NCBI GenBank assembly: GCA_030684405.1 | Contig: JAUXYA010000034.1 | Coordinates: 74,459 to 138,458 of the forward strand | From: Burkholderiales bacterium | GTDB taxonomy: Bacteria; Pseudomonadota; Gammaproteobacteria; Burkholderiales; SG8-41 | Reading direction: 5' to 3' | Length of the DNA: 64,000 bases | Part shown: positions 28,178 to 37,019 of the stretch, in pieces | Layout of the letters: each line of letters opens with the position of its first letter | Numbering within the stretch: position 1 is the stretch's first letter | The notes under the pieces: model-generated | Seen by the model: the letters and a program-made list of their open reading frames with translations, nothing else | What the model was told of the DNA's origin: nothing | Databases searched by the model: none | Program-made: the position numbers and the translations under genes

Positions 28178-29755
28178 ATGAACAAAAAAGCCATGATTTC
28201 ATTTGCGTCCTCGGCATTTGCGCTGATGCTGCTCCTAACAGGCCCGGCGTCCGCTGCCGATCTGCGCATCGGGCTCTCCGGCGAAGTGACTTCGCTGGAT
28301 CCGCACCTGCTCGCTTCGCAGCCGAACCTGACCGTAGCGCGCCATGTCTTCGAATCCCTGACCGACGTCGATCCTCAGACCAAACTGATTCCCGGACTCG
28401 CCGAAAGCTGGCGTGCGCTGGATGCGCTGACCTGGGAATTCAAGCTGCGCCGCGGCGTGAAATTCCATGACGGATCCGAATTCACCGCTGAAGACGCGGT
28501 GTTTTCCATCGCGCGGCCGCTGTCGATCAAGGGCAGCCCCGGCGGCTTCGCCTCCTCCGTACGCGCCGTCGAATCGGCGACCGCAGTTGACCGCCACACG
28601 CTGCGTGTAAGGACGAAGTACCCGTACGGCGCGCTGCCCGAGGAACTCAATTCCATCCTGATCGTTTCGCGTAAACATGCACAGAATGCCGGCCCCGAGG
28701 ATTTCGACTCGGGCCGGGCAATGGTCGGCACCGGTCCGTACCGCTTTGTCCGCTACCAGCGCGGCGACCGGCTGGAACTCGCGCGCCACGACAACTGGTG
28801 GGGCAAGACCCCGCCCTGGACCCGGGTTACCTTGCGCGTCATCCCCGCCGATCCCTCGCGCACCGCTGCATTACTCTCCGGTGAGCTCGACGTGATTGAA
28901 CACGTGCCCTCAGCGGATTTAAAAAATATCATTAAAAACAATAAGTTACGGGTATCCCAAAACACCTCCTGGCGCACCATCCTGCTCCACCTCGACCAGT
29001 ACCGCGCACAGCCACCGGGTGTCCGCGGACCCGACGGCAAACCCTTGGCAGACCATCCCTTCCGCGCGCTGCGCGTGCGCCGCGCAATGTCGATGGCGAT
29101 CAACCGCAACGCGATTGCCGAACGCGTGATGGAGGGCTTGGCAGTACCGGCCGCCAACATCGTCTCGCCCGACGTCTTCGGCCACAACACCGCGCTGAAG
29201 CCCCTGCCCTATGACCCCGAAGGCGCGAAACGCCTGCTCGAGGAAGCCGGTTACCCGAAGGGATTCCGTATCACACTGGTCGGCCCCAACAACCGCTACA
29301 TCAATGACCAGCAGATCCTGCAGACTGTCGCACAACTGCTCACGCGTGTCGGCATCCAGACCCGCGTCGAAGCGATGCCGATGTCGGCCTTTCTCGGGCG
29401 GGTGCGCAAGGAGGAAACCGCCGTATCGCTGCTCGGCTGGGGTTCCTTCGCTGCTGATCTCGCATTGCGCTCACTCGTCGCCACGCCGAATCCCGAGAAG
29501 GGCTATGGCGCGTGGAACTGGGGGCGTTACGCCAACCCGAAAGTCGATACCCTGATGGAACAGGCCCTGGCCAGCGTCGACCGTGGTAAACGCGAAGCTC
29601 TGGCGCGCGAAGCCAACACGCTGGCGATGCAGGATCTGGCCTTCATCCCGCTGCACCACCAGGTGGTCAGCTGGGCCATGCGCGCGGACCTTGCCTATGC
29701 GCCGCGCACGGACGAGTTCACGTTTGCCCATCATTTCTTGCCGGGCGTGCGCTGA
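28178..29755 (+). CDS. Peptide/nickel-type ABC transporter substrate-binding protein (family 5)
   Basis: Signal peptide, PGLAESW, LRRGVKFHDG, GTGPY, VRRAMSMAINR. Confidence 0.92.
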   Translation: MNKKAMISFASSAFALMLLLTGPASAADLRIGLSGEVTSLDPHLLASQPNLTVARHVFESLTDVDPQTKLIPGLAESWRALDALTWEFKLRRGVKFHDGSEFTAEDAVFSIARPLSIKGSPGGFASSVRAVESATAVDRHTLRVRTKYPYGALPEELNSILIVSRKHAQNAGPEDFDSGRAMVGTGPYRFVRYQRGDRLELARHDNWWGKTPPWTRVTLRVIPADPSRTAALLSGELDVIEHVPSADLKNIIKNNKLRVSQNTSWRTILLHLDQYRAQPPGVRGPDGKPLADHPFRALRVRRAMSMAINRNAIAERVMEGLAVPAANIVSPDVFGHNTALKPLPYDPEGAKRLLEEAGYPKGFRITLVGPNNRYINDQQILQTVAQLLTRVGIQTRVEAMPMSAFLGRVRKEETAVSLLGWGSFAADLALRSLVATPNPEKGYGAWNWGRYANPKVDTLMEQALASVDRGKREALAREANTLAMQDLAFIPLHHQVVSWAMRADLAYAPRTDEFTFAHHFLPGVR

Positions 29756-29781
29756 GAGCGACGCCCCCCCACGGACAATGC

Positions 29782-30744
29782 ATGACAGACCCCAACGCCT
29801 ACACCGTTGAAATCTCGCCGCCGGATATTTCACCCTACCGTGGCGGGAATACCGGCATCGAGTACGTAACCACGCTTGACAGCGGCAAGCCTGGCCCCCA
29901 CGTAATGGTGACCACGCTCGTGCATGGCAATGAGATCTGCGGCGCCATCGTCGTTGATGAACTGTTCCGCGGCGGCATTCGCCCCTTGCACGGTCGCCTG
30001 ACCCTGGCTTTCTGCAACGTGGCGGCATTCGAGCGCTTCGATCCTGCCAATCCCGAAGTCTCGCGCTGGGTCGATGAAGACTTCAACCGCCTGTGGACCA
30101 CTGCGGTTCTGGATGGAGAGCGCAACAGCACCGAACTGCGCCGTGCCCGCACGCTGCGCCCGCTTATCGACAGCGTTGATTTCCTGCTCGATATCCACTC
30201 CATGCAGCATCCCTCCGATCCACTGCTGCTCACCGGACCGCTCGCCAAGGGACGCGAGCTCGCCGCTGCGATCGCCTACCCGGCCCTCGCAGTGAGCGAT
30301 GCCGGGCATGCCGCCGGCAGGCGCATGCGCGACTATGCTGCGTTCGGCGAAACCAGCAGCCCGAAAAACGCCATGCTGGTCGAATGCGGCCAGCACTGGA
30401 CGCAAGGTGCTGTGGACGTTGCCCGCGAGACCACGCTGCGCTTTCTCGCCCATTTCGGCATCATCGATCCCCGCGCCGGTCCGTTCCGCCTCTCCACCAC
30501 GCCGTTCGCCCAGCAGATCGTGGAAGTTACCCATCCCGTCACCATCGAAGCGGAAACCTTCCGCTTTGCGCAGACTTTCACCGGCCTTCAGGTCATCGAG
30601 CACTCGGGAACCCTCATCGGCTGGGATGGCGATCGCGAAGTACGCACCCCCTACGACCACTGCGTGCTGGTGATGCCCTCGAAACGGCTCTACCGCGGAC
30701 AGACTGCAGTACGCCTCGGACGATTCATCGTGGCTGGCGCCTGA
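29782..30744 (+). CDS. Succinylglutamate desuccinylase/aspartoacylase (M14) family protein
   Basis: HGNE, DFNR, LDIHS, VECGQH. Confidence 0.88.
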   Translation: MTDPNAYTVEISPPDISPYRGGNTGIEYVTTLDSGKPGPHVMVTTLVHGNEICGAIVVDELFRGGIRPLHGRLTLAFCNVAAFERFDPANPEVSRWVDEDFNRLWTTAVLDGERNSTELRRARTLRPLIDSVDFLLDIHSMQHPSDPLLLTGPLAKGRELAAAIAYPALAVSDAGHAAGRRMRDYAAFGETSSPKNAMLVECGQHWTQGAVDVARETTLRFLAHFGIIDPRAGPFRLSTTPFAQQIVEVTHPVTIEAETFRFAQTFTGLQVIEHSGTLIGWDGDREVRTPYDHCVLVMPSKRLYRGQTAVRLGRFIVAGA

Positions 30745-30772
30745 GCCCTTCGCCACCGCGCGTCCGGCGACA

Positions 30773-31747
30773 ATGCTGAACTACATCCTGCGGCGGCTGT
30801 GCTGGAGCATGCTTGCGCTGCTCGCGATGTCGCTGCTGGTGTTCGCCGGCGTCTACGCGATCGGCAACCCGGTGGACATCCTCGTCAACCCGCAGGCCGA
30901 CCAGGCGGAAATCACGCGCAGCATCGCGCAGTTGGGCCTCGATCGGCCGCTGTGGCAGCAATACTGGCATTTCCTCAAAGGCGCCCTTGGCGGCGACCTT
31001 GGCATCTCTTTCGTCGCCGGCGTGCCGGCGATCACGCTGATTCTCGAACGCCTGCCGGCGACACTGGAGCTCGCGCTGCTGGCAATGCTGATCGCCGTCG
31101 CGCTTGGCGTGCCGCTGGGCCTGCTCGCGGGCCTTAAACCGGAGTCCTGGCCCGCCCGCACGATCATGGCCGGTTCCATCCTTGGCTTCTCGTTACCGAC
31201 CTTCTGGGTCGGCTTGATGCTGATCCTGCTGTTTTCAGTGCAACTCGGCTGGCTGCCGACAACCGGCCGCGGCCCCACCGTCGAGTTACTCGGCATCCCG
31301 GTGAGCTTCCTCAGCTGGGAAGGCCTGCGCCACCTGATCCTTCCGGCCACCAACCTGGCACTGTTCAAGCTTGCGCTGCTGATCCGGCTGGTGCGCGCGG
31401 GCACCCGCGAAGCGATGCTGCAGGACTACGTGCGCCACGCCCGCGCCAAGGGTGTAGCAGAGCACGACATCCTGCGCGTGCACGTGCTGCCCAACATCCT
31501 TATTCCGGTGGTCACCGTCGCCGGCCTCGAGTTCGGCTCCCTGCTCGCCTTCGCAGTGGTCACCGAAACCGTGTTCGCATGGCCTGGCATGGGCAAGCTG
31601 CTGATCGACTCCATCGGCCTGCTCGACCGTCCGGTGATCGTCGCCTACCTGCTGGTCACGGTCTGCCTGTTCATACTCATCAACCTCGTGGTCGACCTGC
31701 TCTACGCGGCGCTCGACCCGCGGATGCGGCTGGGCAGCCAATCATGA
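30773..31747 (+). CDS. Peptide ABC permease (DppB-like)
   Basis: GLDRPLWQQY, PATLEL, YVRHARAKG, ETVFAWPGMG. Confidence 0.92.
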   Translation: MLNYILRRLCWSMLALLAMSLLVFAGVYAIGNPVDILVNPQADQAEITRSIAQLGLDRPLWQQYWHFLKGALGGDLGISFVAGVPAITLILERLPATLELALLAMLIAVALGVPLGLLAGLKPESWPARTIMAGSILGFSLPTFWVGLMLILLFSVQLGWLPTTGRGPTVELLGIPVSFLSWEGLRHLILPATNLALFKLALLIRLVRAGTREAMLQDYVRHARAKGVAEHDILRVHVLPNILIPVVTVAGLEFGSLLAFAVVTETVFAWPGMGKLLIDSIGLLDRPVIVAYLLVTVCLFILINLVVDLLYAALDPRMRLGSQS

Positions 31748-32631
31748 GCGCCATGATCGCCGCGCCCTCGCCGCTGCGGGAAGCTTCGGCCAGCTTCGTG
31801 CGCGACCGCATCGCGCTGGCCGCAATGGTGCTGCTCTGCCTGTTGCTAACGGCAGCGCTCGGCGCTTCGTTGCTCAGTCCACAGAACCCCTACGACCTCG
31901 CACAGCTCGACATCCTCGATGCGCGGCTTGCGCCAGGATCGGCATCCTCCGCCGGCGGCACCTACTGGCTGGGCAGCGACGGTCAGGGCCGCGACCTGCT
32001 TTCGGCAATCCTGTACGGACTACGCATCAGCCTCGGGGTCGGCATTCTTTCGACCTTAGTCGCTCTGGCACTGGGCCTCGCGATCGGGCTGGCCTCGGCG
32101 CGTGCCGGGGGCTGGATCGATGCGCTGGTCATGCGCGTGGTAGACCTGCAGTTGTCCTTCCCTTCGATTCTCGTCGCGCTGATACTGCTGGCCGTGGCCG
32201 GCCAGGGCGTGGACAGGATCATCGTTGCCCTGATCGTCGTGCAGTGGGCCTACTACGCGCGCACCGTGCGCGGCGCCGCGCTGGTGGAGCTGAAGCGGGA
32301 ATATGTCGATGCCGCGGTCTGCGCCGGCTACGGCGAGGCGCGCATCCTCTTCCGCCACGTGCTGCCCAACGTGCTGCCACCGCTGATCGTCGTCGCCACG
32401 GTGCAGGTCGCACACGCCATCGCCCTCGAAGCGACGCTGTCCTTCCTTGGTCTGGGCCTGCCGATCACCGAGCCCTCGCTTGGCCTGCTGATCGCCAATG
32501 GCTACACCTACCTGCTCGCGGGACAGTACTGGATCAGCATGTTTCCGGGCCTTGCGCTGTTGCTGACCATCGTCGCAATAAACCTCGTCGGCGACCGCCT
32601 GCGGGACGTGCTGAACCCGCGGCTGCAATAA
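31744..32631 (+). CDS. Peptide ABC permease (DppC-like)
   Basis: LGSDGQGRD, EYVDAA, EATLSFLGLG, GDRLRDVLNPR; ATGA overlap with the preceding permease. Confidence 0.92.
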   Translation: MSAMIAAPSPLREASASFVRDRIALAAMVLLCLLLTAALGASLLSPQNPYDLAQLDILDARLAPGSASSAGGTYWLGSDGQGRDLLSAILYGLRISLGVGILSTLVALALGLAIGLASARAGGWIDALVMRVVDLQLSFPSILVALILLAVAGQGVDRIIVALIVVQWAYYARTVRGAALVELKREYVDAAVCAGYGEARILFRHVLPNVLPPLIVVATVQVAHAIALEATLSFLGLGLPITEPSLGLLIANGYTYLLAGQYWISMFPGLALLLTIVAINLVGDRLRDVLNPRLQ

Positions 32632-32734
32632 GGGACTGCCCTCCGCAGAAAGCTCAAGCAGTGAGCTGTGCAGCCGCAGCGCGCAGGAATTTCATGAAGG
32701 GCCGCACTGCGGGCGACGACGCCGGACCTGCCGG

Positions 32735-33694
32735 TCAGGGTTTGATTCCCGAAGCCCTGATCACCTTGCCCCAGCGCTCGATCTCCTCCGCCAGCATTTT
32801 CCTGAAATACTCGGGCGACTCGGCGATCGGATCGGAACCCATCTGCAGGATGCGGTTGCGGAAGTCCTCGCGCTGCACCGCCTTCACGATGATCGAATTC
32901 AGCGTGTTGACGATCGGCTGCGGCGTGCCGCGCGTCACCAGTACGCCGTACCAGGTCTGGGTCACGAAGCCCGGCAGGCCACCCTCAATCATCGTCGGCA
33001 CTTCCGGCATCAAAGTTGAGCGCTTCTCGCTGGTGATGCCCAATACGCGCATGCGGCTGATCAGCGGCTGCGCTGCCGGAATATTGCTGAATGAGAATTC
33101 AACTTCGCCGCTGGCGAGCGCTGCCAGCGAGGGGCCGGTGCCCTTGTAGGGGATATGCGTGAAGTCGCCCTTGATGAACAGCTTCAGCATCTCGCCCGAC
33201 AGGTGCTGGGTGCTGCCGCTGCCCGAGGACGAATAATTCAACTTGCCCGGGTTTTTCCTGACAACGGCAACGAATTCCTTGACGGTCTTCGCCGGGAGCG
33301 AGGGATGCGTCAGCAGCAGATTGGCGCTGGAGGCGAACACCGCAACCGGAATGAAATCCTTGACCGGATCGTAATTGAGCTTGGGGTAGAGCGTGGCATT
33401 AACCCCGAGCGCCGCAGAACTGAGGAACAGCGTGTAGCCATCAGCCGGCTGGCGGACGATGTATTCGGCGGCGATGTTCTGTGCCTGACCGGCGCGGTTT
33501 TCCACGATGACCTGCTGGCCCAGCACCTCGGCGATCTGCGGCGCGATCAGTCGGCCCATGATGTCGCTGCCGCCGCCGGGCGCATAACCGACGATCATGC
33601 GGATCGGCTTGACGGGATACTTGTCCTGCGCCAGCGCAACGCCGGCACAACCGAACATTACTGCAAGGGCTGCACTGAATAGCGGATGTTTCAT
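32735..33694 (-). CDS. Bug/TctC tripartite tricarboxylate transporter receptor
   Basis: YPVKPIRMIVGYAPGGGSD, VENRAG, DGYTL, HIPYKG; GGAGG RBS before MKHPLF. Confidence 0.92.
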   Translation of the reverse strand: MKHPLFSAALAVMFGCAGVALAQDKYPVKPIRMIVGYAPGGGSDIMGRLIAPQIAEVLGQQVIVENRAGQAQNIAAEYIVRQPADGYTLFLSSAALGVNATLYPKLNYDPVKDFIPVAVFASSANLLLTHPSLPAKTVKEFVAVVRKNPGKLNYSSSGSGSTQHLSGEMLKLFIKGDFTHIPYKGTGPSLAALASGEVEFSFSNIPAAQPLISRMRVLGITSEKRSTLMPEVPTMIEGGLPGFVTQTWYGVLVTRGTPQPIVNTLNSIIVKAVQREDFRNRILQMGSDPIAESPEYFRKMLAEEIERWGKVIRASGIKP

Positions 33695-33830
33695 GGTTTT
33701 CTCCTCCGGCCAAATGATGGTCATGCACGTGTACCGTTGCTACTCTGTGGATGCGTATGGAAGCGGGATGAGTGCATTATGGCCCAGGACCACCAGACAC
33801 ACGCGATTCCCTTGCCCGCCCTGGCAACGA

Positions 33831-33856
33831 CAAAGGCCGGGCATGCCCGGCCTTTG
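33831..33856 (-). terminator. Hairpin or terminator between the two Bug genes
   Basis: Perfect palindrome CAAAGGCCGGGCATGCCCGGCCTTTG. Confidence 0.7.
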
Positions 33857-33875
33857 CTCTTCCAGTTGCGGCCGC

Positions 33876-34838
33876 TTACTGTGGCTGCAAGCCCACCTCT
33901 GCCGCGACCTTGCGGTAACGCTCCAGTTCGCTGCGAATGCGCTTGGTGAAGGCTTCCGTGCCCATGGTCGTGGTCTCGGCGCCACCCACCGTGGCATAAC
34001 GCTTCTTCACGTCCGCATTCCTCAAGGCGGCAGCCGAGGCTTCGTAGAGTTTCGCCACGACGTCCTTGGGCGTGCCCTTCGGTGCAAACAGGCCGACCCA
34101 GATCGAGGCGTCGACACCAGGGATGCCGGCTTCCTGCGCCGACATATAGTCGGGTACCTGCGGCGAACGTTTCGCCGTGGTCACACCCAGCACCTTGACG
34201 CGTTTCGCCTGCAGGTGCGGCAGCACGCCGGGCAGGCCGGCGACGGTGAACACGACTTCGTTGGATGCGACAGCGGACACCGCCGGTGCACCCCCCTTGT
34301 ACGGCACATGCAGCGCCTTGGCTCCGGCCGCGGCCACCAGCCACTCGGTAGCCATGTGGTTGACCGAACCCGTACCCGGGGAGCCGAAGGTCAGCTGACC
34401 CGGCTTGGCCTTGGCGCCAGCGATCAGGTCCTTCAGGGTGTTGAAGGGCGAAGCCGCGTTGACCACGACCAGCATCGGCGCATCGCTGACCATGATGATC
34501 GGCGTGAAGTCGCGCTCGACGTTATAGGGCATTTCCTTGAACAGTACCGGATTCACCGACATTTCACCGGTGTGCGCGGCAAGCAGCGTGTAGCCATCGG
34601 GCGTCGCGCGCGCCGTGGTACCGGTGGCGATGAAGCCGTTGGCACCGGGGCGGTTGTCGACGACGAACTGCCAGCCCTTGTCCTCGGAAATCTTCATCGT
34701 CAGGATGCGGGCCGAGGTATCGACCACCCCGCCCGGCGCAAAGGGCACCAGTACTCGGATTGGTTTGTTCGGGTAGTCCGCGGCCTGCGCAGACAGCGCA
34801 AAGGCCGCAGCGAATACGGTGAGAAACAGGCTCCTCAT
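33876..34838 (-). CDS. Bug/TctC tripartite tricarboxylate transporter receptor
   Basis: YPNKPIRVLVPFAPGG, DNRPGA, PDGYTL, HVPYKG. Confidence 0.92.
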   Translation of the reverse strand: MRSLFLTVFAAAFALSAQAADYPNKPIRVLVPFAPGGVVDTSARILTMKISEDKGWQFVVDNRPGANGFIATGTTARATPDGYTLLAAHTGEMSVNPVLFKEMPYNVERDFTPIIMVSDAPMLVVVNAASPFNTLKDLIAGAKAKPGQLTFGSPGTGSVNHMATEWLVAAAGAKALHVPYKGGAPAVSAVASNEVVFTVAGLPGVLPHLQAKRVKVLGVTTAKRSPQVPDYMSAQEAGIPGVDASIWVGLFAPKGTPKDVVAKLYEASAAALRNADVKKRYATVGGAETTTMGTEAFTKRIRSELERYRKVAAEVGLQPQ

Positions 34839-34866
34839 AATTTTTCCTTTATAATCAAATACTTAG

Positions 34867-36327
34867 TTATAGTTTCAGCAGGTGGCGCCATTTCTCGCGC
34901 ACCTGTTCCTGCAGTTCCTTGCTCGCTTCTGCCACGGCCGGGAAATCATGCAGATGGTCATACGGCCGGCAGGCATCGATGATCGCCTTCGAATTGTACG
35001 GCGCCTCGGAGCGGTAGGCGACGAACATCGGATCGTTCTTCGAACCCATGCCGCGGCGGATGATGTCGATATCAACCTCGGGATCGCTGCGCGTAGCCAC
35101 CGCCCACATCACCTCCTGCAAATTCGAGGGATCGATGTCCTCGTCGACCACCACCGTGTAGCGCGACATGTAGGCGCCAACGCCGCACTGGTTGAGAATC
35201 AGCGCAGCCTGGCGCGCGTGCCCGGCGTAACGCTGCCGGATTGCCACCACGTTGAACATGCGCGCACCGCCGATCTCATGCGCCCAGACGCTGGCCACAT
35301 CAGGCACACCGGCGGCGAGCAGCGCATCGAACAACAGCGCCGAGCGCATCACCGCTTTGGAATACGAATAATCGTTGGGCGGCTTCGCCGGCGGGCTGCC
35401 GACAATGACCGGATCATTGCGGTAATAAACGCGCTCTACGGTCATCACCGGCGCAGTGCCTACCTTGCCCGGGTAATAACCGTGGAATTCGCCGAACGGC
35501 CCCTCGAGCTTCACGTCACCGGGGTAACAGTAACCCTCGAGCACGATTTCAGCGGCAGCGGGAATTGGCAGCCCGGTCAACCCGCCATGCACCACCTGCA
35601 CCGGCTCGCCTAGGATGGCGCCGATGTAGTTGTACTCGCACATGCCGAAGGGCACCTCGATGCCGGAAATCAGGTAACCCAACGGGTCGCAGCCGATGAC
35701 GATCGCCACCGGAAAGGGTTTGCCCGCCTTCATATGCTTTTCGTACTGGATCGCGCCGTGTTTGCCGGGAATCATGTCGAGGCCGACATGGTTCCTGTCG
35801 TGCACCATCACGCGGTAGGTGCCGACGTTGACCCAGTCACTATCGAAATCCTTGGTCACCACGCAGCAGCCGGTGCCGATGTAAGGACCGCCGTCCTTCT
35901 CGTGCCATAACGGCGACGGAAAGATGTTGATGTCGACGTCCTTGCCGGACTGGGTGTTCTCCAGCACCGGGCCGGTTTCTGCTACCACCGGCTCGTATTT
36001 CGGGGCCTCCGCCTGCCAGCCGCGGGGCTTGCCACGCAGTGCCTGTACTAGGCCGCGGTGGCTGTGCTCCACCGGCATCCGCAGCAGCGAGGACAGCCGC
36101 GCCGGACTCGCCGTGGTGCAGGTGACGACGCGAAAACCTTTCGGGTAACCCGGAATTTCATCGAAGAGCAGCGCCGGCGCGCCGTCGACCTTGACGTTCA
36201 TTTCGCTGATCGCACCGAGCTCCAGCTTCGCGTCGGCGCCGGGCACGTCCTTCAGTTGGCCAAGCTGGCGCGCGGTGTCCAGCCAGGCGCGCAGGTCGAG
36301 GGGATTGCCAGCCGGACGTTTCACCAT
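34867..36327 (-). CDS. UbiD-family prenylated-FMN-dependent (de)carboxylase
   Basis: PALLFDEIPGY, DGGPYI, NVGTYR, catalytic EGPFGE, VVDEDIDP..VMWA.ATR. Confidence 0.9.
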   Translation of the reverse strand: MVKRPAGNPLDLRAWLDTARQLGQLKDVPGADAKLELGAISEMNVKVDGAPALLFDEIPGYPKGFRVVTCTTASPARLSSLLRMPVEHSHRGLVQALRGKPRGWQAEAPKYEPVVAETGPVLENTQSGKDVDINIFPSPLWHEKDGGPYIGTGCCVVTKDFDSDWVNVGTYRVMVHDRNHVGLDMIPGKHGAIQYEKHMKAGKPFPVAIVIGCDPLGYLISGIEVPFGMCEYNYIGAILGEPVQVVHGGLTGLPIPAAAEIVLEGYCYPGDVKLEGPFGEFHGYYPGKVGTAPVMTVERVYYRNDPVIVGSPPAKPPNDYSYSKAVMRSALLFDALLAAGVPDVASVWAHEIGGARMFNVVAIRQRYAGHARQAALILNQCGVGAYMSRYTVVVDEDIDPSNLQEVMWAVATRSDPEVDIDIIRRGMGSKNDPMFVAYRSEAPYNSKAIIDACRPYDHLHDFPAVAEASKELQEQVREKWRHLLKL

Positions 36328-36329
36328 GA

Positions 36330-36806
36330 TCAGCCCTTGCGTTTTTTCGCCGCCAGCCGCACGGCCTTGATGATTTCAGGATAAGCCGCGCAGCGGCAGA
36401 GATTGCCCGCGAGGTAATGGCGGATCTCGTCATCTGAAGGATGAGGATTAGCGTCGAGCAACTGGCGCGTCATCAGGATGAAGCCCGGCGTGCAGAAGCC
36501 ACACTGGAATGCCCCCGTCTCGATGAAGGCCTGCTGCACGGCATCGAGACCGCCCTCACCGTCCTGCGGCTCTTCGATGGTGCGCACGTCGGCGCCGTCC
36601 ACCAGCGTTGCCATGGTCAGGCAGCCGGAGACCGCCTGACCGTCAACAACGACCGTGCAACAGCCGCAAAGCCCCTGAGCGCAGCTCTCGCGAGCGCCGA
36701 AAAGTCCCTGCCCCTGCAGCAGCTCGACCAGGTTCTGGTGATTGCCGACATGCGCGGTGACCGGGCTGCCGTTGAGCGTGAATGCAATCGTGCGATGTGT
36801 AGTCAT
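36330..36806 (-). CDS. 2x[2Fe-2S] small subunit (CoxS/XdhC-like)
   Basis: CAQGLCGCC, QCGFCTPG, GNLCRC. Confidence 0.93.
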   Translation of the reverse strand: MTTHRTIAFTLNGSPVTAHVGNHQNLVELLQGQGLFGARESCAQGLCGCCTVVVDGQAVSGCLTMATLVDGADVRTIEEPQDGEGGLDAVQQAFIETGAFQCGFCTPGFILMTRQLLDANPHPSDDEIRHYLAGNLCRCAAYPEIIKAVRLAAKKRKG

Positions 36807-36823
36807 AAAGGTAAACCTTTTTT

Positions 36824-36996
36824 AACCACAGAGGGCACAGAAAATTACAAAATCAATTAACAGGATGCGCAAAATGAACAGGATCAAAAAAAGGACAGAA
36901 CCGTCCAGCGCGTCGAAATGGGTTTTATCCTGAAAATCCTGTCTATCCTGTTAAATCGCTTCTGGTTTTCTTGTGTCCTCTGCGTCCTCTGTGGCT
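36824..36996. repeat. Nested miniature inverted-repeat elements with 9-nt-periodic arms
   Basis: Outer arms ACCACAGAG-GGCACAGAA... (36825-36850) and ...TGTGTCCTCTGCGTCCTCTGTGG (36970-36995); inner arms TTAACAGGAT-GCGCAAAAT-GAACAGGAT (36857-36884) and ATCCTGAAA-ATCCTGTCT-ATCCTGTTAA (36927-36954). Confidence 0.75.
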
Positions 36997-37019
36997 GGCT
37001 TTTTAAATTAAATGAACGG

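Noticed and set aside
36824-36996. CRISPR array
   Set aside because: Units are only 9 nt, arranged as inverted arms with no unique spacers; no cas genes in the window.
36918-37015. Small protein MGFILKILSILLNRFWFSCVLCVLCGW
   Set aside because: It is the translation of the 9-nt repeat arms, antisense to the operon, with no evidence of expression.
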